Source: Lignipirellula cremea
Lineage (GTDB): Bacteria; Planctomycetota; Planctomycetia; Pirellulales; Pirellulaceae
NCBI RefSeq assembly: GCF_007751035.1
Contig: NZ_CP036433.1
Coordinates: forward strand, 712,437 to 776,436
Length of the DNA: 64,000 nucleotides
Direction of reading: 5' to 3'
The notes beneath the pieces are model-generated. The model did no database searches. It was given only the letters and a program-made list of their open reading frames with translations, and was not told the DNA's origin. Both the position numbers and the translations under genes were made by a program. Shown here one piece after another: positions 9,889 through 18,748 of the stretch; the first letter of the stretch is position 1, and the number at the start of each line of letters is the position of its first letter.

Positions 9889-10662
9889 ATGCTGCAGCGT
9901 CTGGCCGATCTGCTGATCCTGCGTCCCAGTCGACGTCCGATCATGGTCGAAGGAAAATCGCGGCGCCTGGTTCCCGGCGCCTGCGGCTCCCTGGAATTGT
10001 GGTCCGAAAAACAGGGCGAAGGCCCGCCAGATGTTGTTGTTCTTAAATTTCCCGGCGCTGCTGGGAGAGCGGAACGGGCCACGGTGCATCCGGCGGAATG
10101 CTGGCCCGACCTGACCGTCGAAGTCCTGTCCGTCAACCTGCATGGGTATGGCGGCAGTGATCCGCCGGCCAGCGTTCGCTCCCTTCCCGCCGCGGCGGAG
10201 GCTGCCTGGCGGCATGCGGTCGAGCAGGCCGCCGGTCGCCCCATCATTCTTGTCGGCAATAGCCTGGGCGTGGTTTCCGCCCTCTATCTGGCCGCGCGTT
10301 TTCCCTGCGCCGGCCTGGTGTTGCGCAATGGACCGCCCTTGCACGAGTTGATTGTCGGCCGGTTTGGCTGGTGGAATTTCAACCTGGGCGCCCGCATGAT
10401 CGCCCGGCAGGTCCCGGGCGAACTGGCGTCGGCGGCGAACGCCAGCCTTTCCACGGCCCCGGCCGTGTTTCTGCTGTCGGGTCAGGATCGCATCGTCCCG
10501 CCCCGCTTCCAGCAGCCCGTGATCGATGCCTACGCCGGCGAGAAACGGGTCGTCACCTTTGCCCAGGCCGATCACGTTGATGCAGGCGATGCGGCCGAAA
10601 TGGCGTCTTACAAGGCAGCCCTGCAGTGGCTGCGAGCCGCCATCCTGCCCACTTCCCCGTAG
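9889..10662 (+). CDS. alpha/beta-fold hydrolase
   Basis: GNSLG nucleophile-elbow motif with downstream Asp/His in an alpha/beta-hydrolase spacing. Confidence 0.55.
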   Translation: MLQRLADLLILRPSRRPIMVEGKSRRLVPGACGSLELWSEKQGEGPPDVVVLKFPGAAGRAERATVHPAECWPDLTVEVLSVNLHGYGGSDPPASVRSLPAAAEAAWRHAVEQAAGRPIILVGNSLGVVSALYLAARFPCAGLVLRNGPPLHELIVGRFGWWNFNLGARMIARQVPGELASAANASLSTAPAVFLLSGQDRIVPPRFQQPVIDAYAGEKRVVTFAQADHVDAGDAAEMASYKAALQWLRAAILPTSP

Positions 10663-10987
10663 TGGACTTGGCCGCAAGTCCTTCTTCTTCCTCTTCTTCC
10701 CCCGCTCCCTCCACCCTGCCGACCGGACTCGGCCACAAGCCGATGACTCGTCATGCATGGTCTGACAGCAGGCGACGGAGCAGTAACGGTTGTGAAGTTG
10801 GTTGTGAAGTTTCTGTTCAAACGCAGCCTCCGGCGGCGCCCTCATTGACGGTCGCGTTGTCCAGGCGATAAACTCGAACGGCTACAAAACCCTGTGAAAA
10901 ACGATCTTTGACCGGCGCCCTGAATGCTATCTGAGCCTGTTATTGCGCGCCGGCTCGTTCCCGAATTTTATCTGTTGGAGAATGACT

Positions 10988-13033
10988 ATGTCTGTCGGCG
11001 TAAAGGGCATTGAGCAGTTAGCGATCAACACCATTCGCACGCTGTCAATGGACGCCGTGCAAAAGGCGAAAAGCGGCCACCCTGGCACGCCGATGGCCCT
11101 GGCTCCCGTCGCTTATGCGTTGTGGAACAAAGTGCTCAGCTACGATCCGGCCGCCCCGCTGTGGCCCGCCCGTGATCGCTTTGTGCTGTCCTGCGGCCAT
11201 GCCTCGATGCTGCTGTATTCGCTGCTGCATGTGGCGGGCGTCAAAGCGGTCGACAAAAAGGGGAACGTCCTCGATGAATTGTCGATCACGCTCGACAACA
11301 TCCGGAACTTCCGCCAACTGCATAGCCCGTGCGCGGGTCATCCGGAATTCGGCCATGCGGCTGGCATTGAAACGACCACCGGGCCGCTGGGCCAGGGTTG
11401 CGGCAACAGTGTCGGCATGGCGCTTGCCGCCAAGTGGTTCTCGGCCAAATACGATCGTCCCGGTTACGACCTGTTCGGCCATAACGTGTATGTGTTGTGC
11501 AGCGACGGCGACCTGATGGAAGGCGTCTCTTGCGAGGCCGCCTCGCTGGCGGGCCATCTGAAGCTGTCCAACCTCTGCTGGATCTACGACAACAACCACA
11601 TCACCATCGAAGGCGAAACCGATCTGGCCTTCAATGAAGATGTGGCCGCCCGCTTCCGCGGCCTGGGTTGGAGCACGATCGAACTGGGCGACGCCAACGA
11701 CCTCGAGGCCCTGCAGCAGGCGTTTGACCAGTTCGACGCCACCGACGACAAGCCGACGATCATCGTGCTTCGCAGCATCATCGGTTACGGCTCCCCCAAC
11801 AAAGCCAACTCGCACAGCGCCCACGGCGCTCCCCTGGGCGAAGCCGAAATCAAACTCACCAAAGAAGCGTACGGCTGGCCCGAAGACGCCCAGTTCCTGG
11901 TCCCGGAAGAAGTCCTCACCCACTTCGCCGAAGGCGTGGGAAAGCGGGGCGCCGAGAACCGCCAGAACTGGGAAGCCCGCTTTGCCGAATACAAAAAAGA
12001 ATTCGCCGCCGAGGCCGCACAGCTCCAGGCGATCTGGAGCGGTCAGCTGCCGGCTGGCTGGGACGCGGGGCTCCAGCAGTTCCCCGCCGACGAAAAAGGC
12101 ATGGCGACGCGCGTCTCGTCGGGCAAGGTGCTCAACATGCTCGCCCCCAACCTGCCCTGGCTGATGGGCGGTTCGGCCGACCTGGCCCCGTCGACTATGA
12201 CCCTGCTCGACGACGAGGAGGACTTCGGACCGGATAACTACTCCGCGCGGAACATGCACTTCGGCATCCGCGAGCACGGCATGGCGTCGGCCATGAACGG
12301 CATGTCGCTTTCCGGCCTGCGTCCTTACGGCGCGACCTTTTTCGTGTTTACCGATTACATGCGTCCCCCGATGCGGCTGGCCAGCATCATGGGCCAGCAC
12401 GTGCTGTACGTGCTGACGCACGATTCCATCGGCCTGGGCGAAGACGGCCCGACCCATCAGCCGGTCGAGCAGCTGGCCGCCTGCCGCGCTATTCCCGGCA
12501 TGGTGGTGTTCCGCCCCGGCGACGCCAACGAGGTGCTGGAAGCCTATCGCACCGCCCTGCAGTTGTCCGGCCGTCCGACCATGATGGTGCTCACCCGCCA
12601 GAACGTGCCGACCCTCGACCGCAGCAAGTACGGTTCCGTCGAAGGCGTCTCCCGCGGCGGCTATACCCTGATCGACAGCGAAGGCGAGCCGCAGGTGATC
12701 CTGCTGGGCACCGGGAGCGAAACGCCTATCTGTCTGCAGGCGTACGAAAAGCTAACCGCCGCCGGCGTCAAAACCCGCGTGGTCAGCATGCCCTCGTGCG
12801 AGCTGTTCGACGAACAGGACGAAGCGTACCGGCACAGCGTGTTGCCGCCGGCCGTTACGGCCCGCGTTGCCGTGGAAGCCGGCATCAAAATGGGCTGGGA
12901 ACGCTACCTTGGCGAGAAGGGCAAGTTCATCGGCATGTCGTCGTTTGGCGCCTCGGCCCCGTTCGATGAGTTGTACGCCTACTTTGGCATCACGCCCGAC
13001 CATGTGGTCGCCGCCGCCAAAGCTTGCCTTTAG
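10988..13033 (+). CDS. tkt: transketolase
   Basis: SGHPGTPMALAPV thiamine-diphosphate motif. Full-length similarity to bacterial Tkt (..GPTHQPVEQLA..). GGAG ribosome-binding site 8 nt before the ATG at 10988. Confidence 0.9.
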   Translation: MSVGVKGIEQLAINTIRTLSMDAVQKAKSGHPGTPMALAPVAYALWNKVLSYDPAAPLWPARDRFVLSCGHASMLLYSLLHVAGVKAVDKKGNVLDELSITLDNIRNFRQLHSPCAGHPEFGHAAGIETTTGPLGQGCGNSVGMALAAKWFSAKYDRPGYDLFGHNVYVLCSDGDLMEGVSCEAASLAGHLKLSNLCWIYDNNHITIEGETDLAFNEDVAARFRGLGWSTIELGDANDLEALQQAFDQFDATDDKPTIIVLRSIIGYGSPNKANSHSAHGAPLGEAEIKLTKEAYGWPEDAQFLVPEEVLTHFAEGVGKRGAENRQNWEARFAEYKKEFAAEAAQLQAIWSGQLPAGWDAGLQQFPADEKGMATRVSSGKVLNMLAPNLPWLMGGSADLAPSTMTLLDDEEDFGPDNYSARNMHFGIREHGMASAMNGMSLSGLRPYGATFFVFTDYMRPPMRLASIMGQHVLYVLTHDSIGLGEDGPTHQPVEQLAACRAIPGMVVFRPGDANEVLEAYRTALQLSGRPTMMVLTRQNVPTLDRSKYGSVEGVSRGGYTLIDSEGEPQVILLGTGSETPICLQAYEKLTAAGVKTRVVSMPSCELFDEQDEAYRHSVLPPAVTARVAVEAGIKMGWERYLGEKGKFIGMSSFGASAPFDELYAYFGITPDHVVAAAKACL

Positions 13034-13123
13034 TTGCGAGGCGATTCGACTGCTGACGCATACCTTGCCTGGCGGTTGAGGCGTTTTCCCTTTGCCGCCT
13101 GATGACTTTTTCTGGACGGACCG

Positions 13124-13714
13124 ATGACGGACACGCCCGCCGAATCGTTGCCTCGCAGTCCTGAGCTCATGTCGCGCGAGGACACGGGCCTGCTGGTGGT
13201 CGATGTCCAGGGGAAGCTGGTCGGTCTGATCCCCGACCATGACCGGCTGATCTGGAATGTCCGGCGTCTGATCGATGGCGCCAGAATCCTGGGGCTGCCG
13301 GTCGCGGCGACCGAGCAGTACCCGCAAGGGCTGGGCCCAACCACGCCCGAGCTGGCGGAACGGCTGGAAGCGATCGCTTCCAAGCTGCGTTTCAGCTGTG
13401 GCGAATGCGGGTCGATCTTTTCTAATTGGCGCGAGGCGGGTGTCTACAAGATCCTGGTCGCCGGGATCGAAGCCCATGTCTGCGTGCAGCAAACGGTGCT
13501 CGATCTGCTCTCGGCCGGGTTCCAGGTGTACGTCGCGGTCGATGCGGCCGGCTCCCGGTTTCCGATCGATTACGACATCGCCCTCCGCCGGATGGAAGCC
13601 GCCGGCGCCATGCTGACCACAACCGAAGCGGCCCTGTTTGAATGGTGCGAAGTCGCCGGCAGCCCCGAGTTCAAGCAGATCAGCCAGCTCGTCCGCGAAG
13701 CGGCGCCCGGTTAA
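13124..13714 (+). CDS. isochorismatase-family cysteine hydrolase
   Basis: LLVVDVQ...GIEAHVCVQQT catalytic Cys motif of the isochorismatase family. Confidence 0.75.
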   Translation: MTDTPAESLPRSPELMSREDTGLLVVDVQGKLVGLIPDHDRLIWNVRRLIDGARILGLPVAATEQYPQGLGPTTPELAERLEAIASKLRFSCGECGSIFSNWREAGVYKILVAGIEAHVCVQQTVLDLLSAGFQVYVAVDAAGSRFPIDYDIALRRMEAAGAMLTTTEAALFEWCEVAGSPEFKQISQLVREAAPG

Positions 13715-13743
13715 ACCGAGTTCGCTCCCTCGTTTTCCCGCAT

Positions 13744-13821
13744 GTAGCCGAAGTCGCCAGACTTTGGAGAGAGCGTTCTGCGCGATTGGAACAGCGACCA
13801 AACTCTGGCGAGTTCGGCTAC
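13744..13821. repeat. long imperfect hairpin (24-nt arms, about 30-nt loop) downstream of the isochorismatase gene
   Basis: gtagccgaagtcgccagactttgg ... ccaaactctggcgagttcggctac; the arms are reverse complements with 2 mismatches. Confidence 0.5.
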
Positions 13822-13916
13822 GGCGTTCTGCGGAAATTTCCCACCCACAAACGAGACGCCCGTCCTTTTGTGGATATCCTTGGTGATTCTTGTTGAAGCG
13901 GCCGGCCGCCTGCAGG

Positions 13917-13966
13917 TAAAATCATCGCAGGGGCGGCGCCAGTGCGATCGGTCGATCGCACCTTTT
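13917..13966 (+). promoter_or_regulatory. conserved promoter-leader module upstream of paralog P1: TAAAAT box, 19-nt spacer, perfect palindrome GTGCGATCGgtCGATCGCAC, then CTTTT
   Basis: Seen in sequence. The identical architecture recurs upstream of P2 and P4 with exactly the same 19-nt spacing. Confidence 0.6.
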
Positions 13967-13980
13967 GGGCGAGGGAGACC

Positions 13981-15078
13981 ATGCGACGATTCAATTGTTT
14001 TCTTGGTTTGCTGGCGGTCCTGGCGGCCGGGGGTTTCTGCCTGGCGCAACTTCCCCTGGGAAGTTCGCAACAGGAGCCGGCGGCGGTAGTCGCGTCGTCG
14101 CCAGCCGGCGCGAAGGCGATCGCTCCATCGCAGCAGGTCAAATCGCCTGACGCGCTCGTTCAGCCACAAACGTCCAGTCTGGCGATTGCTGTTCCTCCGC
14201 CGGAAGCAGCGGCGGAGGCCGCCATTCGCGCGGCGCTCGACCAGCCTTTTGCCTTCGAAGGTATAGTGACGCCGCTGCACCAGGTGGCTTCTTTCATCCA
14301 GAAAAATCATCAGATCCAGGTGGAAATCGACCGCCCCGCCCTGACTGAAGAAGGCCTCGACCCCAGCATGGAGATCACCTTCCAGGCGAACAACCGCACG
14401 CTGCGGTCTTCGCTGAACCGCATGCTCCAGGGAACGGGACTCGCCTGGTACATTGCCGACGAAACGCTGCTGATCTCCACCCGTGACGAAGTTGAGAGTC
14501 ACCCCGTCACCCGCGTCTATCCGGTGGACGACCTGACGGTTGAAAACGCCACAACGACGAACCGCTACCACGGCTCGCGCTCCTCGTTACGGCCCGCGGA
14601 GTTGATCAACATGATCTCCTCCCTGATTGCCCCCGATTCCTGGGACCCGTACGGCGAATCAGGAGTGATCGAAGGCGCCAGCCTGGGCGGCCGGGAGGTC
14701 CTGTTGGTATCGCAGACCGAAGCGGTGCATGACCAGGTCGCCGAGCTGCTGCGGCAGATTCGAGCGGTCCCGCCAGCGCCGCGGCCGGAAGAGCCGGCAA
14801 CCGACCTGCGCGTCCATCCGCTGTCGGACAATGCGGCCAAAGTCCGGCAAGAGATCATCGACATGGTGCAGCAGACGGTGGAGCCGGAAAGCTGGGAGCA
14901 GCCAGGCATCTTCCTCAAGCCAGCGGCGAGCGTGCTGGTGATCCGCCAGTCCCCTGCCAACCAGCGCAAGATCGAGGAGCTGCTGTCGGAGATCAACATG
15001 CACACCACGCCCTTCGTCTTCCCCACTTTTTCAGGCGATCAAGGCGATGGCGGCGGCATGTCGGGCTCCGACAATTAG
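13981..15078 (+). CDS. secreted STN-domain / secretin-N-like repeat protein, paralog P1
   Basis: Signal peptide. STN-like block (AAIRAALDQPF...ANNRTLRSSLNRML..ETLLIST). Two secretin N1-like blocks (VTRVYPVDDL...LLVSQTEAVHDQVAELLRQIR and LRVHPLS...VLVIRQSPANQRKIEELLSEI). Gly-rich C-terminal tail. No secretin beta-barrel domain. The ORF track starts at a GTG inside the leader palindrome; the ATG at 13981 follows an AGGGAG ribosome-binding site. Confidence 0.7.
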   Translation: MRRFNCFLGLLAVLAAGGFCLAQLPLGSSQQEPAAVVASSPAGAKAIAPSQQVKSPDALVQPQTSSLAIAVPPPEAAAEAAIRAALDQPFAFEGIVTPLHQVASFIQKNHQIQVEIDRPALTEEGLDPSMEITFQANNRTLRSSLNRMLQGTGLAWYIADETLLISTRDEVESHPVTRVYPVDDLTVENATTTNRYHGSRSSLRPAELINMISSLIAPDSWDPYGESGVIEGASLGGREVLLVSQTEAVHDQVAELLRQIRAVPPAPRPEEPATDLRVHPLSDNAAKVRQEIIDMVQQTVEPESWEQPGIFLKPAASVLVIRQSPANQRKIEELLSEINMHTTPFVFPTFSGDQGDGGGMSGSDN

Positions 15079-15145
15079 CGGCGACGAAACTCCCTGCACG
15101 GCGAAACGCCTGGCTTTCCCATTCGCGGGGCCGGTGGTCTGTTGG

Positions 15146-15195
15146 TAGAATGGTTCGCGGGGCTTTACTCGTGCGATCGGGCAATCGCACCTTTT
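15146..15195 (+). promoter_or_regulatory. conserved promoter-leader module upstream of P2: TAGAAT, 19-nt spacer, GTGCGATCGggCAATCGCAC, CTTTT
   Basis: Seen in sequence. Confidence 0.6.
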
Positions 15196-15211
15196 CCGGT
15201 GAGAGCAGGCA

Positions 15212-16204
15212 ATGCAGCGGTTCTTCTTTTCTTTCAGTCTGGCGGTCATCCTGGCCGCGTGCAGCGTGAGTCATGCGCAGCCGCCGTCGCGTTCGCCCAC
15301 GCTTCCGTCCGATCCGCCCGCCACGGTTGCTGAAACGGAAGCCGCCATTCGCGCGGCGTTCGACAAGCCGTTTACGGGTGAGTTCAACGCGACGCCTTTG
15401 TCCGAGGTGGCGAAGCATCTCCAGCAGACGTTTCAGATCAATGTGGACCTGGACCGCAGAGCACTCGACGGCGTGGGCATTGCCGCCGACACGCCGGTCA
15501 CTTTTGCGGCCAACAACCGCACGCTGCGGTCTTCCCTGCGACTGATGCTGCGGGAACTGGAGCTGACCTGGGTCGTCGCCAACGAAACGCTCGTCATTAC
15601 CACCCCCGACGAAGCCGAAGGGCATGTGCTGACGCGGGTTTACCCGGTCGGCGATCTGGCGACGCGGTCAGACGAATCTTCGACGCTGCTCTCCTGGGAA
15701 GCCGGCGGCGGAAAATTTGACGACCTGCGCGATCTGATCACGTCGACGATCGCTCCCGAAATGTGGGCCGATGTTGGCGGTCGCGGCTCGATTTCCGATG
15801 GCGCTTTCCAGGGACGCGACGTACTCATTGTGTCGCAAACCGAAGAGGTCCACGATCAAATCGCCCATCTGTTCCGCCAGATGCGCACGTTCCCGGCAGC
15901 GCCCAGGCCAAAGCAGGCGGAGGCTTCCACCGGGCTGCGGGTGTATCGGTTGACTCCCAAAGCGGCGGAAAAAAAGGAAGAGATCGTCGCCATGCTGCGA
16001 CGTGTGGTCGAGGCGGAGAGCTGGAACCAGAAGGACGTGCAGCTGGAATTTGCAGCCGACGCGCTGGTGATCCGCCAGTCGCGGGAGGCCCATCGTCAGA
16101 TCCAGGATCTGCTGGAAGCACTCGACGCCCTGGCGCCGGTGGTCGTCGATTTCAACGGGTTCGGCGGCCAGCTTCCTGAGGGTCAGGGCGGCAGTTTTTT
16201 CTAG
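15212..16204 (+). CDS. secreted/lipoprotein STN / secretin-N-like repeat protein, paralog P2
   Basis: Signal peptide with an LAAC lipobox-like motif. Same STN + 2x N1-like domain order as P1. Ends ...GQGGSFF. Confidence 0.7.
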   Translation: MQRFFFSFSLAVILAACSVSHAQPPSRSPTLPSDPPATVAETEAAIRAAFDKPFTGEFNATPLSEVAKHLQQTFQINVDLDRRALDGVGIAADTPVTFAANNRTLRSSLRLMLRELELTWVVANETLVITTPDEAEGHVLTRVYPVGDLATRSDESSTLLSWEAGGGKFDDLRDLITSTIAPEMWADVGGRGSISDGAFQGRDVLIVSQTEEVHDQIAHLFRQMRTFPAAPRPKQAEASTGLRVYRLTPKAAEKKEEIVAMLRRVVEAESWNQKDVQLEFAADALVIRQSREAHRQIQDLLEALDALAPVVVDFNGFGGQLPEGQGGSFF

Positions 16205-16242
16205 ACGGCTGTTTGTTCCGTCTTTCAGCAAGGAACGAACTC

Positions 16243-17526
16243 ATGCACAAGCTCCTGCAGGCTGGCGCCCTGGCGGCCTTACTCATGTTCCTGGCGACAA
16301 CGATCGAAGCGGGCGAGACGGATGTCGATTCTGCGCACGCCCGGATACAAGCGGCGCTGAACCAGCCTTTCTCCGGCGATTTCCAGCAGACGCCGTTGGC
16401 GGATGTCGTGCGCAGGATCGCAAAGCAGGCATCGATCCCGGTGCGACTGGAGGAGGAGCCCGCGAACCTTGCCGACAGACCCGTCACCTTCTGGTGTCAT
16501 AAGATGACACTGCGCCACGCGATGGGCCGAATGCTGCACGATCTGGGCCTGGTCTGGCGGCTGCGCGACGGCGCCGTGGTGATTGGTCCGCCGCTAGCGA
16601 CCGACGAAGAGCCGCTCTCAATGCGGATGTACGGCGTGACCGACCTGGTGCGGGACAGCACCGAACCGTACCCTCTGGACCGGCTCGTTGAGGTGATCAC
16701 GCAGATGGTCGACACGCCGTCACAGCAGCTCCGTAACCTGGAGTCCTTGCGCGGCGAGCAGCTGGGCGATCGCTGGATGCTGGTCGTCCATCAGACCGCG
16801 CAGGGCCATCGTGAGACGGCGGCCTTGCTGCAGGGTATCCGCTCGGTTCCTCCGGCGAACAAGCAGGCGGTCCGGCGCCATGACCCGATCTATTATCTCG
16901 AAGGTCCCATCGAAGCGAAGCTACGGGCGGCGCTTGACCAGCCGTTTGTGGAGGATTTCTTCGATACGACTTTGGAGCAGGTTGTGCGGCGGTTGTCGAA
17001 GGCGCACGGTGTCAACATCCTGCTGGACGAGCAGGCGCTGCATGGTATAGGAATTGGGGGCGATGTCCGCATCCGCTTTCCCCTGCAGAAACTCACGCTG
17101 CGATCCGCCTTGAACCGGATCCTGGCGGACCTGGAGCTGACCTGGATGATTCGCGACGAAGCGATCCTGCTCACCACGCCGGACGTCGTTGACGATCACC
17201 AGCAACCGGCCCTGTACGATGTCCACGATCTGGTCACGCCGCCGCCGGCGAACGCCTTCCCTTTGCTTGTGGCGCCGCTGGCGTTGCCCTTAAGCGTGGC
17301 GCCACAGGACGTGAAAGAGGCGATGCTCGACTTTGATCCGCTTGTCGAACTCATCACCAGCACCGTCAGCCCCGACGCCTGGCCGGAAGGCACGGGTCCC
17401 AGTTCCGTCCTCGGGGAAGAATTCGGTGGTCGACGCCTGCTGATCCTGGAGCAGACCGACGAAGTCCACCTGCAGATCGCCGACCTGCTTCGCCAGCTGC
17501 GAGCGGCCCTGGCCGAGGGCCCTTGA
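16243..17526 (+). CDS. secreted STN / secretin-N-like repeat protein, paralog P3, with a duplicated STN-like domain
   Basis: Signal peptide MHKLLQAGALAALLMFLATTIEA. Two STN-like blocks (ARIQAALNQPFSGDFQQTPL... and LRAALDQPFVEDFFDTTL...) followed by an N1-like block (LILEQTDEVHLQIADLLRQLR). AAGGA ribosome-binding site. Sits 38 bp after the P2 stop with no leader module of its own, so it is probably co-transcribed with P2. Confidence 0.65.
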   Translation: MHKLLQAGALAALLMFLATTIEAGETDVDSAHARIQAALNQPFSGDFQQTPLADVVRRIAKQASIPVRLEEEPANLADRPVTFWCHKMTLRHAMGRMLHDLGLVWRLRDGAVVIGPPLATDEEPLSMRMYGVTDLVRDSTEPYPLDRLVEVITQMVDTPSQQLRNLESLRGEQLGDRWMLVVHQTAQGHRETAALLQGIRSVPPANKQAVRRHDPIYYLEGPIEAKLRAALDQPFVEDFFDTTLEQVVRRLSKAHGVNILLDEQALHGIGIGGDVRIRFPLQKLTLRSALNRILADLELTWMIRDEAILLTTPDVVDDHQQPALYDVHDLVTPPPANAFPLLVAPLALPLSVAPQDVKEAMLDFDPLVELITSTVSPDAWPEGTGPSSVLGEEFGGRRLLILEQTDEVHLQIADLLRQLRAALAEGP

Positions 17527-17565
17527 GCGGCCCTTTTCCTGCTCGAAAGCCGGTCGGGTTGGTGC

Positions 17566-17615
17566 TAGAATCGCAGCAGGGGCGTTATGCGTGCGATCGT
17601 CAGACCGCACTTTTC
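17566..17615 (+). promoter_or_regulatory. conserved promoter-leader module upstream of P4: TGcTAGAAT, 19-nt spacer, GTGCGATCGtcaGACCGCAC, TTTTC
   Basis: Seen in sequence. Extended -10-like TGn precedes TAGAAT. Confidence 0.55.
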
Positions 17616-17629
17616 TGTTGAGGTACGTT

Positions 17630-18646
17630 ATGCGGCGGATCTTCTTTTTTCTCAGTTTGCTAGTTGTGTCTTTCATGTGCGGTTCCGGCGGGGCCCAGCC
17701 GGCGGATCGGCCGGAAACCGTAACGCCCAGGGATGTGGGGATTGGTCCGCCGCAATCGGCGGCGGAAAAGGCGATTCGGGCGGCGCTGGAAAAGCCGTAC
17801 ACCGGTCAACTGGAGAATACGCCGTTGCGCAAGGTGATCGGTGCGATTGCCGAAACCTATCAGATTAATGTCGCCCTGGACCACCGGGATCTGGGCGGCG
17901 TTGGCATCGACGGCGACACGCCCGTTTCCTATGCGGGGAACAGCAGTACGCTGCGTTCCGCCCTGAAGCAGATTCTGCAGGAGCTGGAACTGGTCTGGGT
18001 GATTCAGGACGAAACCCTGCTGATCACCACGCCGTATGAAGTGGAGGACATTCTGGTCACACGTCTCTACGAAGTGCAGGATCTGGTCATGGTCCCCAGA
18101 AAGAAGCCGCTGCTGTGGGGACCGGGCGGCCTGGACGCCGATTTCGATACGCTCCAGGAGACGATCACTTCGACCATCGCCCCCGACACGTGGGACGAGG
18201 TGGGCGGCCCCGGCTCCTTCCAAGGCGGCTCCTTTGGCGGACGCTACTTGCTGGTCGTCTCCCAGTCGGAAAGCGTTCATAAACAGATCGCCGATCTGTT
18301 CCAGAGCATGCGAACCGTCCGTCCTCCGGCGCCGGCTGAAGAGAAACCGAGCGACGAAAAGACCACGCTGCATGTCTATAGATTATCGGCCGATGCGGCA
18401 GGCAAGTCGGACGAACTGACGGCCGTGCTCAAAAAGATCGTGGAGCCGGAAAGCTGGCAGCAGCCAGGCGTGCAGCTGGAAGCGGCCGCCGACGCGCTCA
18501 TCATTCGACAGACGCCGGCGGTGCATGAGAGCATCGGGGAACTGCTGCAGGCGATGGGCGCCCTGGCTCCTTCGCTGGATTACTACGACGACGGGGGCAG
18601 AAGCAGAGGGTTCAGCGGGGGAAGCATGGGCTTTGGCTTCCAGTAG
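17630..18646 (+). CDS. secreted STN / secretin-N-like repeat protein, paralog P4
   Basis: Signal peptide. Same domain order as P1/P2 (AIRAALEKPYTGQLENTPL..., VTRLYEVQDL...LLVVSQSESVHKQIADLFQSMR, LHVYRLS...ALIIRQTPAVHESIGELLQAM). The ORF track starts at a GTG inside the leader; the ATG at 17630 is the more likely start. Confidence 0.7.
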   Translation: MRRIFFFLSLLVVSFMCGSGGAQPADRPETVTPRDVGIGPPQSAAEKAIRAALEKPYTGQLENTPLRKVIGAIAETYQINVALDHRDLGGVGIDGDTPVSYAGNSSTLRSALKQILQELELVWVIQDETLLITTPYEVEDILVTRLYEVQDLVMVPRKKPLLWGPGGLDADFDTLQETITSTIAPDTWDEVGGPGSFQGGSFGGRYLLVVSQSESVHKQIADLFQSMRTVRPPAPAEEKPSDEKTTLHVYRLSADAAGKSDELTAVLKKIVEPESWQQPGVQLEAAADALIIRQTPAVHESIGELLQAMGALAPSLDYYDDGGRSRGFSGGSMGFGFQ

Positions 18647-18748
18647 TCCGCAGGACTGAGACGACTTGCCGTCGACTTCCGTCCGTTAGAAGATTCTCGT
18701 TCCCCGCAAACGCGGCGCTGCTTTCGCGGAGAGAAAGGCGACTTTCAA

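Noticed and set aside
9544-10845. 433-aa minus-strand ORF
   Set aside because: Antisense to rplI and the alpha/beta hydrolase gene; low-complexity Arg/Gly-rich product.
11045-12457. 470-aa minus-strand ORF
   Set aside because: Antisense to transketolase, which has unambiguous motifs on the plus strand.
13942-17610. Leader palindromes as cyanobacterial HIP1-like (GCGATCGC) dispersed repeats
   Set aside because: GCGATCGC and CGATCGC occur only sporadically elsewhere in the window, not at HIP1-like density. The motif is confined to the paralog leaders at fixed spacing.
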